In this document: in pieces, positions 57,405 to 64,000 of the stretch
How positions within the stretch are numbered: position 1 is the first letter of the stretch
How the letters are laid out: each line of letters begins with the position of its first letter
Assembly (NCBI GenBank): GCA_965224025.1
Contig: OZ245033.1
Location: 2,080,001-2,144,000, forward strand
Direction: 5' to 3'
DNA length: 64,000 nt
DNA from: Candidatus Multivorans sp.
GTDB lineage: Bacteria; Acidobacteriota; Thermoanaerobaculia; Multivoradales; Multivoraceae
The notes under the pieces: model-generated
What the model was told of the DNA's origin: nothing
Databases searched by the model: none
The model's input: only the letters and a program-made list of their open reading frames with translations
Translations under genes and position numbers: made by a program

Positions 57405-59827
57405 CGATGACTGATCCACTCGACGACCTGAAGCGCGCGTTCGACCACGCGACGCCCGAGCCCGATGCCGAAAGGCGGAAGGCCACGCTGGCTCGCGCGA
57501 TGGAGTTGTTCGACGAAGCCCAAGAATCGGCGGTCGAGCCGCGTCGTACCCATGACCGCCACCAGTTCGGGGCGGCGATCGGACATGGAGTACGACACAT
57601 GCTTTCCGCACTGACCTCCCGCCCCGCCCTCGCCGCGGCCGCCGGCCTGGCCGCCGTCGGTCTCGCCCTTGTCTTCGTGATCCTGAGTCGTGACGCCGTG
57701 CCGCGGCCAGCGGCGGTTGTCGCTGAGGTCGGTGTTGTTGGCGAGGAGGAGGCAACGCCTTCCGACCATCCTGCGGAAGAGACTCACGAGACAGAACGCG
57801 GCACGGAAGTCGATGCTGTCGCCGAAGGCCCAGGGGGGGCTCAGACCGACCGCGTGCTCCTCCCGGCTCCGACCGAAGAAGAAGCGATGCCTCTCGATGC
57901 TCGGGAGACGCGAAGCGAAGGGACTCCGCCGGCAGTTGCCGTAGCGGCCGCGGCGCCCCCAGCGCCCGCGGCGGAGCCGGCTGCGGCGCTTCCGGCCGCC
58001 AGGTCCCGGGAAGCCGGGTTTTCCGAGACCATTGCGGCCTTGGACGCGGAAAGAGAACGCTTGCGTGTCGCGCTGGAGTCCCTGCCGGGCCGCGCTGACG
58101 AGAGGGCCGTCGCGGGAGAACGCGTGGCGGGCGCGACCGAGTTGGCGGAACGAACGTCGGCGGCGCCATCACCTGCTCCGGCAAGGGTCCAGGACTTCGA
58201 GTCCTATCAGCGCGAGAGGGCTCAGGACATCAGAGTGAAGATCGAGCGCAACGTGGCTGAACTCCAGCGCGCGGTCGGACGTCAAGCGGGTGCGAACGAG
58301 AGCCCCGTTCAAGCGGAGGCGCTGATGGTGGCTGCGGAACCGCCCCCCACCGCGCGCTTCGCGGTATCCAGACTCCTGGACGCCGACACTGCGGCGCCGC
58401 GACAGCCCGACACCGAAGCCTTCGCCAACGAGCCGGCCAACCCGGTCAAGGTCGCAAGCGAGGAAGCCGTCTCCACCTTCTCGATCGACGTCGACACGGC
58501 GAGCTACTCCGTTGTCCGCTCGTCGCTGATGAACGGCTACCTGCCACCCGCCGAGTCGGTGCGGATCGAGGAGTTGGTCAACTACTTCCCCTACGCGTAT
58601 CCGCCGCCGGAGGCGGGCGGGACGCCGTTCCGGCCGACGGTGATCGTGTCGGAGACGCCGTGGAACCCGGACACGCTGCTGATGACCGTCGGCATCCAGG
58701 GCCGCCTGCCGGCGACCGACGATCGGCCGCCGCTGAACCTCGTGTTCCTGATCGACACCTCGGGCTCGATGAACCGGCCGAACAAGCTGCCGCTACTCGT
58801 GCAGTCCTTCCGCCTCATGGTCGGCCAACTGCGCCCCGGGGACGAGGTCGCGATCGTCACCTATGCCGGCAGCGCGGGCCGGGTGCTGGACGCCACACCC
58901 GCTAACGAGCGCGGCACGATCCTGGCGGCGCTCGACCGCCTGAGCGCCGGTGGTTCAACGGCCGGGGCGGCGGGCATCCAGGTGGCCTACGGAACTGCCG
59001 GAGAAATGGCCGCCGAGGGCGAGGTCACGCGGGTGATCCTGGCCACCGACGGCGACTTCAACGTCGGCATCTCGGACCCCGAACAGCTCAGGGGCTTCAT
59101 CGCCCGGCAGCGTGAGAGCGGCATCTACCTTTCCGTGCTCGGCTTCGGCCGCGGCAACCTGGATGACGCGACGATGCAGGCGCTGGCTCAGAACGGCAAC
59201 GGGCAGGCGGCCTATATCGACACGCTGTCGGAGGCCCAGAAGGTGCTCGTCGACCAGCTCACCGGAACCCTGTTCCCGATCGCCGACGACGTGAAGATCC
59301 AGGTGGAATTCAACCCCGCCGCGGTCGCCGAGTACCGGTTGATCGGCTATGAGACCCGCGCGCTCAGGCGCGAGGACTTCAACAACGACCGGGTGGACGC
59401 GGGCGAGATCGGGGCCGGGCATTCGGTCACGGCGATCTACGAGGTGACGCCGGTCGGGTCCCCGGCGGTGCTGCACGATGCCCTGCGCTACGCGGCGCCC
59501 GCGGCCGACCTGCCCGGCCCGGCAAGGGGAGCGAGCGGGTCCGCCGAACTCGCCTTCCTCCGCCTGCGCTACAAGGCGCCGGGCGAGGATAGGAGCCGTC
59601 TCCTCGAACTGCCGATCGCCCGCGACTCGGACGGCGCCGGTTCCAGCCAGCGCTTCGCCGCCGCAATCGCCGGATTCGGCCAGCTCCTGCGGGGCGGCGT
59701 CTACACCGGCGGCTGGACCTGGGCCGACGCGATCGCCCTCGCCGAGGCGAACACCGGCGACGACCCGTTCGGCTACCGCCGCGAGGCCGTGACCCTGATG
59801 CGCCTGGCCGAGAGCCTCACCGAGTAG
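57401..59827 (+). CDS. YfbK-like vWA/DUF3520 protein with N-terminal membrane anchor
   Basis: STFSIDVDTASYS, VRIEELVNYF, DTSGS MIDAS, LATDGDFNVG, EYRLIGYE, DAGEIGAGH. Confidence 0.92.
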   Translation: MTMTDPLDDLKRAFDHATPEPDAERRKATLARAMELFDEAQESAVEPRRTHDRHQFGAAIGHGVRHMLSALTSRPALAAAAGLAAVGLALVFVILSRDAVPRPAAVVAEVGVVGEEEATPSDHPAEETHETERGTEVDAVAEGPGGAQTDRVLLPAPTEEEAMPLDARETRSEGTPPAVAVAAAAPPAPAAEPAAALPAARSREAGFSETIAALDAERERLRVALESLPGRADERAVAGERVAGATELAERTSAAPSPAPARVQDFESYQRERAQDIRVKIERNVAELQRAVGRQAGANESPVQAEALMVAAEPPPTARFAVSRLLDADTAAPRQPDTEAFANEPANPVKVASEEAVSTFSIDVDTASYSVVRSSLMNGYLPPAESVRIEELVNYFPYAYPPPEAGGTPFRPTVIVSETPWNPDTLLMTVGIQGRLPATDDRPPLNLVFLIDTSGSMNRPNKLPLLVQSFRLMVGQLRPGDEVAIVTYAGSAGRVLDATPANERGTILAALDRLSAGGSTAGAAGIQVAYGTAGEMAAEGEVTRVILATDGDFNVGISDPEQLRGFIARQRESGIYLSVLGFGRGNLDDATMQALAQNGNGQAAYIDTLSEAQKVLVDQLTGTLFPIADDVKIQVEFNPAAVAEYRLIGYETRALRREDFNNDRVDAGEIGAGHSVTAIYEVTPVGSPAVLHDALRYAAPAADLPGPARGASGSAELAFLRLRYKAPGEDRSRLLELPIARDSDGAGSSQRFAAAIAGFGQLLRGGVYTGGWTWADAIALAEANTGDDPFGYRREAVTLMRLAESLTE

Positions 59828-59840
59828 GGCGGCAGCGCGG

Positions 59841-60665
59841 TCAACTCGCGCCGAGAAACCGGCGCAGGCAGCGGGTGACGGCGCCCGGGGCTTCGGCCAT
59901 CAGCATGTGGCCGGCGTCCGCCACCGTCTCGAAGGCCGCGCCGCCGCTGCCGTCGTGGATGCGGTCCGCGAGCGCCCGGCCGGCTCTCGGTGGCGTCATC
60001 CGGTCCTCGGTTCCCGAGACCACGAGCGTCGGGCAGCTGACGCCTGGGGCGCTTTCGCTGCCTTCCCACTCGTTGCAGGCGACGAAGTCGCGGTGGAGCA
60101 CTTCCGGAGCGCAGCGGTCGAGCAGAGCCATGGTGGCGCCGAGCATCCACAGTCCCGGCGACTCGGCGCCGCCGAAGTGGGCGCCGGCGCCGTGGCCGAA
60201 GGCGGCGATGAAGCGGTGGGCGTTGAGGGGTCTCTTCAGTGTGTCGGCGAGCAGACCGGGGTTCACGCGGAGCGTCTCGCCGGCACCGAACAGGGCGACT
60301 CGGTTGGCGGGTGGGTTCAGTCTGGACGCGGCGTCGACCGCGATGCATGCCCCCATCGAATGGCCGACGATCGCAAGCTCCTCGCTGCCTGCCCGTGCCG
60401 CGGCTTGGGTGGCGAAGTCGGCGGTCCAGGCCGCGTAGTCGGCGATCGTGGCGATATCGTCCAGATCCTCGGAGGCGCCGTGGCCGGGGAGGTCGGCCGC
60501 GGCGACGTTCCAGCCGTGCTGGGCCAGTGACCGCGCCTGGAGGGCCCACACCGTATGGTCGCAACCGGCGCCGTGAAGGAGCAGGGCGAGCGGCTGCCCC
60601 GGCTTCCAGGCGGCGCCGCCGGCGCCGCAGTAGACCTTGCGGCCGTGCGTTCCGAGTTCGGGCAT
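59841..60665 (-). CDS. Alpha/beta hydrolase
   Basis: LLHGAG, DLPGHG, GHSMG nucleophile, EDRMTP, AGHM. Confidence 0.9.
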   Translation of the reverse strand: MPELGTHGRKVYCGAGGAAWKPGQPLALLLHGAGCDHTVWALQARSLAQHGWNVAAADLPGHGASEDLDDIATIADYAAWTADFATQAAARAGSEELAIVGHSMGACIAVDAASRLNPPANRVALFGAGETLRVNPGLLADTLKRPLNAHRFIAAFGHGAGAHFGGAESPGLWMLGATMALLDRCAPEVLHRDFVACNEWEGSESAPGVSCPTLVVSGTEDRMTPPRAGRALADRIHDGSGGAAFETVADAGHMLMAEAPGAVTRCLRRFLGAS

Positions 60666-60678
60666 GCCTGATTCCCGG

Positions 60679-62001
60679 TCAGGAGGCCACGGCCCGTAGC
60701 CGCTGCACCTGCTTCTGGGAGCGCTTCAGGGCACGGTCGAGATCGGCGGTCAGGTCGCCTGGGTCCTCGAGCCCGACGGAGAGCCTGACCATCTCCTGAG
60801 TGACGCCCGATTCGGCCAGCTCTTCCGCCGTCATCTGCTGGTGGGTCGTGCTCGCGGGGTGGATAACCAGGCTCTTCGCGTCGCCGACGTTCGCCAGGTG
60901 CGACCAGAGCTCCAGGCTCTCGATGAAGGCGATCCCGGCCTCGAGGCCGCCGCGGATGCCGAACGTCATCAGGGCGCCGCTGCCCTTCGGCAGGAGCTTC
61001 TTCGCCAAGTCGTGCTGGGGATGGCTTCCCAGACCGGGATAGCTCACCCACTCGACTGCGTCGTGCCGTTCCAGGAAGGCGGCGACGACGGCGGCGTTTT
61101 CCGCGTGGCGTTTGACGCGCAGCGGCAGCGTCTCGAGTCCCTGCAGCAGGTAGAAGGCGGCCTGCGGATTGAGACAGGCGCCGAAGTCGCGTAGCCCTTC
61201 GAGCCGCGCCTTGAGGATGAAGGCGGGCGGCCCGTAGTGCTCGGCGAAGGCGATGCCGTGGTAGCCGGGGCAGGGCTCGGTCATGATGAGGAAACGGCCG
61301 GAAGCGGCCCAATCGAACTTGCCGCTGTCGACCAGGACGCCGCCCAGGGTGACGCCGTGGCCGCCGATGAACTTGGTCGCCGAGTGCATCACGATGTCCG
61401 CGCCGAGATCGATCGGCCGCGACAGGAAGGGGGTGGCGAAGGTGCTGTCGATCATCAGCGGCACGCCGATGTCGTGGGCGAACCCGGCGACGGCGGGAAT
61501 GTCCAGCACGTCGATGCGCGGGTTGCCGATCGTCTCGCCGAAGAACAGCTTCGTGTTCGGCCGCGCCGCGCGCTGGAAGTTCCGGGGGTCGGTCGGCTCG
61601 ACGAAGGTGGTCTCGATGCCGAAGCGCCGGAGGGTGTGGTTCAGCAGGTTGTGGGTGCCGCCGTAGATCGCGGCCGAGGACACGACGTGGTCGCCGGCGG
61701 AGAGGATCGTCGCCGCGGCGAGATGGAAGGCGGACTGGCCGGAGGCGGTGGCGACGGCGCCGACGCCGCCCTCGAGCGCCGCGATCCGTTCCTCGAACAC
61801 GGCGACCGTCGGGTTCGAGATCCGCGAGTAGATATGTCCGGCTTCCTCCAGGTTGAACAGCCCCGCGGCGTGGTCCGTATCGCGGAACACGTAGGACGTC
61901 GAGTTGTAGACCGGCACCGCGCGGGCCCCGGTGGCCGCGTCGGGCCGCTGGCCAGCGTGAAGCGAAAGCGTGTCGAACTTGTAGAACCAGTCACTGTTCA
62001 T
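60679..62001 (-). CDS. metY: O-acetylhomoserine sulfhydrylase (MetY family)
   Basis: IYSRISNPT, HSATKFIGGHG (PLP Lys), HLANVGDAKSLVIHPASTTH, RLSVGLE. Confidence 0.92.
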   Translation of the reverse strand: MNSDWFYKFDTLSLHAGQRPDAATGARAVPVYNSTSYVFRDTDHAAGLFNLEEAGHIYSRISNPTVAVFEERIAALEGGVGAVATASGQSAFHLAAATILSAGDHVVSSAAIYGGTHNLLNHTLRRFGIETTFVEPTDPRNFQRAARPNTKLFFGETIGNPRIDVLDIPAVAGFAHDIGVPLMIDSTFATPFLSRPIDLGADIVMHSATKFIGGHGVTLGGVLVDSGKFDWAASGRFLIMTEPCPGYHGIAFAEHYGPPAFILKARLEGLRDFGACLNPQAAFYLLQGLETLPLRVKRHAENAAVVAAFLERHDAVEWVSYPGLGSHPQHDLAKKLLPKGSGALMTFGIRGGLEAGIAFIESLELWSHLANVGDAKSLVIHPASTTHQQMTAEELAESGVTQEMVRLSVGLEDPGDLTADLDRALKRSQKQVQRLRAVAS

Positions 62002-62965
62002 GCCGTCTGCCTCCCGGTTGCGTCCTGTCCGAGGCGGACCGCGAGTGTACCCGCCTGCCCAGGGCCAGAGGGGGCGGGGTTCCAGGGGCCGTTCGCGCTC
62101 GGAGTGGATTGGAAGAGGCCCAGGAGCGGTCTTTGCGCGAACAGTTGAGTTGCAGGTAGATCCACGATGCGGGGATGCGCGTCGAGTTCAGGACCTTCGG
62201 CTGAAGAAAACCGCTTCCCAGGAGTAACCCGGCGGTCGTCGTCGAGGCGCTGGGCGACCGGCCGGTCACCCACGATCGAGACCCGCTCGCCGAACCGCGA
62301 CTGGGGGTAGTAGTCCCACACGGCGTGATGCTGGGTGCAGCGGTTGTCCCAGAGGGTGAGCGTGTTGGGCTCCCAGCGCACGCGACAGGTCAGAGAGACT
62401 GTGGCGGCAATGTGCTCGAAGAGCATGTCGAGCAGCCCCCGGCTCTCCCATCGTCGCAGGCCGCGGATGTGCGAGGTGAAACCGCTGTTGACGAACAGGG
62501 CCTTGCGGCCCGTCTCGGGATGGCGGATCACCACCGGGTGCTCGGTCCTTGGGTACTGCTTTCCATCGGGAGCTGCGTAGCCGTACTTTCCGATGTAGGG
62601 CAGCGCACCGTCATGTACCGCTACCAGGCCCTCGAGGAACTTCTGCATCCGCTCCGAGAGCGTCTCGCAAGCGCGGTAGATGTCGGCAAGGAGCGTGTCG
62701 CCTCCCGAGCCGCACTCGGGAATCTCCTTGATATAGAGCATCGAGGCCATCGGCGGCTTCTCGTCGCACGACACGTCGGTGTGCCAGCCGTCGCCCGCCG
62801 TGTACTTCGACTTCTGGGTGGTCTTGACGACGAGGATCTCGGGGTCATGCCCGCCCTTGCACTCGGAGCTCTGGTGCAGCGGGTGGACGTGCAGCGGGCC
62901 AAAGGACCGGCCGAAGTCCTTGGGCTGCTCGCGGGTGAGCTCCTGGTTGCGAAAGAGACGCGCTG
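61998..62965 (-). pseudogene. TauD/TfdA dioxygenase, 5'-truncated with extended C-terminus
   Basis: WHTD, GGDTL, EHPVVIRHPETGRKALFVN, WDNRCTQH; homology starts at FRNQ with no plausible start; about 85 extra residues after GDRP. Confidence 0.7.
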
Positions 62966-63093
62966 GACGAATGGCTGCGAGCCTCGGTGCTGCGCTTGAA
63001 CTAGCGAGCCAAGCCCGTGGCAGTGGACGTCGGCGCACCTAGTCCGCGACCGCCGACCCGCCGTTGTGGCCGGCCTCGCGCCCAAAGGCGCGA

Positions 63094-63170
63094 TGGCGTC
63101 CCCAACGGGATTCGAACCCGTGTTGCCAGCTTGAAAGGCTGGAGTCCTGACCTGGCTAGACGATGGGGAC
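63094..63170 (-). tRNA. tRNA-Glu (TTC)
   Basis: GTCCCCATCGTCTAGCCAGGTCAGGACTCCAGCCTTTCAAGCTGGCAACACGGGTTCGAATCCCGTTGGGGACGCCA. Confidence 0.97.
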
Positions 63171-63304
63171 GCGGCGGACGGTGTCTACGCCGTCCGGGCG
63201 GCGCAGTATACCGCCAGCGGGATGGCGACGTCGCGAGGCAGAGCTGTCCAACGCGGGACCATTCCAAAGTCTGACGCTTCGCGTCGGATGCGGGCAGGAT
63301 GCCC

Positions 63305-63569
63305 GCGTTCCGACAGGCGCTCGAACTCCAGGTAGACCGCCTCCTCCACGGCGTCGGTGAGCTGGTTGAGCGCGAACGACCCCTGCCATGGGTTCTCGCC
63401 GCGGTTGAACCCGAACTCGCGGTTGACGATCAACTGGATCGCAAGCGCCCGGCGCACGGACGGGGCAACGTGTTCGAGGAACCGATGGAGACGGTGAAGC
63501 ACTGCTCGCTCGGGCAGATTTCGGACGCCCTGTACCGGGTCGGCGGGGAGTACCGGCGTCAGCATATAG
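63305..63569. pseudogene. Two oppositely oriented fragments of an IcmF-type acyl-CoA mutase C-terminus
   Basis: Minus strand: [45 protein letters not shown]. Plus strand: [32 protein letters not shown]. Confidence 0.75.
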
Positions 63570-63714
63570 GGGCTTCCGCGGTGTAGCTCAAATCAGCCGG
63601 CGCGGTTCGCCATTCGGTCGGTCCTGGTCCGAAACCAGCCGGTTTCCGTCCGCTATGGGCCAGTTCAAAGCGATAAACTACCGACAAATGCACACTGCTG
63701 TCCTACAAAGGAGG

Positions 63715-63810
63715 ATGGGTCTGAACCGTGCCTTGTTCAACAAGGGGTCTTCCTGGTCACCCGCCTGAAGAGCGGAGTCAAGTACGCGGTTCGGGAGCGG
63801 CGCTCGTTTT
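63715..63810 (+). pseudogene. Possible IS4-family transposase scrap
   Basis: QQGVFLVTRLKSGVKYAV resembles the IS4 GxxFVTRLK motif; very short. Confidence 0.3.
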
Positions 63811-64000
63811 CCGCCGCTTTCGGTAACCCTGCTTCACCACGAACCCCGGCGCCTGCCGAACACCACTCGCAATGCCACCAGTACGAATAGAACGGAGCGG
63901 ACGAACCGTGACTACTCTGAGACTTACTCTGGCCCGCGAAAGCGTACTCCGCTGTTTCGTCGCCGGCGCTCTCTTCTTGCTGACGCCCTGGTCCGTCGCG

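Noticed and set aside
62002-62230. Possible SAM riboswitch upstream of metY
   Set aside because: No recognisable SAM-I/II/SAH consensus by eye; an Rfam scan would settle it.
63094-63170. tRNA-Glu or tRNA-fMet as island attachment sites
   Set aside because: No duplicated tRNA 3' end and no integrase noticed within the window.

Overview
GC-rich bacterial chromosomal window. Gene content suggests a diderm, possibly an Acidobacterium; this is inference only. 1-28.6 kb is mostly housekeeping: ABC permease, a broken ERG24-type sterol reductase, MFS transporter, tRNA-fMet, ftsB-mfd-two PPIases, the dcw cluster (mraZ to ftsZ, without murB/ddl) and argS. An IS110 element with a structured upstream non-coding region (bridge-RNA candidate) follows. 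Next is a surface-glycan/envelope block (PIG-L-GT2 fusion, glycosyltransferases, PEGA protein, ogt, rmd-like SDR, rmlD, lptD, ruvX, mltG). From about 43.7 to 55.8 kb lies a decayed defence/mobile region: PIN TA pair, collapsed BREX type 3 relic, deleted HigA-fused large protein, IS3 end, a second IS110 recombinase that has lost its upstream non-coding region, an IS1595 transposon carrying a methyltransferase-nuclease fusion, and MNT-HEPN and HTH-nucleotidyltransferase pairs. The window ends with a sugar epimerase, ECF sigma/vWA pair, hydrolase, metY, truncated TauD, tRNA-Glu and inverted icmF fragments. Best leads are the two IS110 copies, which share an exact 15-bp right end whose last 7 nt recur in the putative guide RNA, and the IS1595 cargo transposon. 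All family calls come from motif recognition by eye; no database searches were run.
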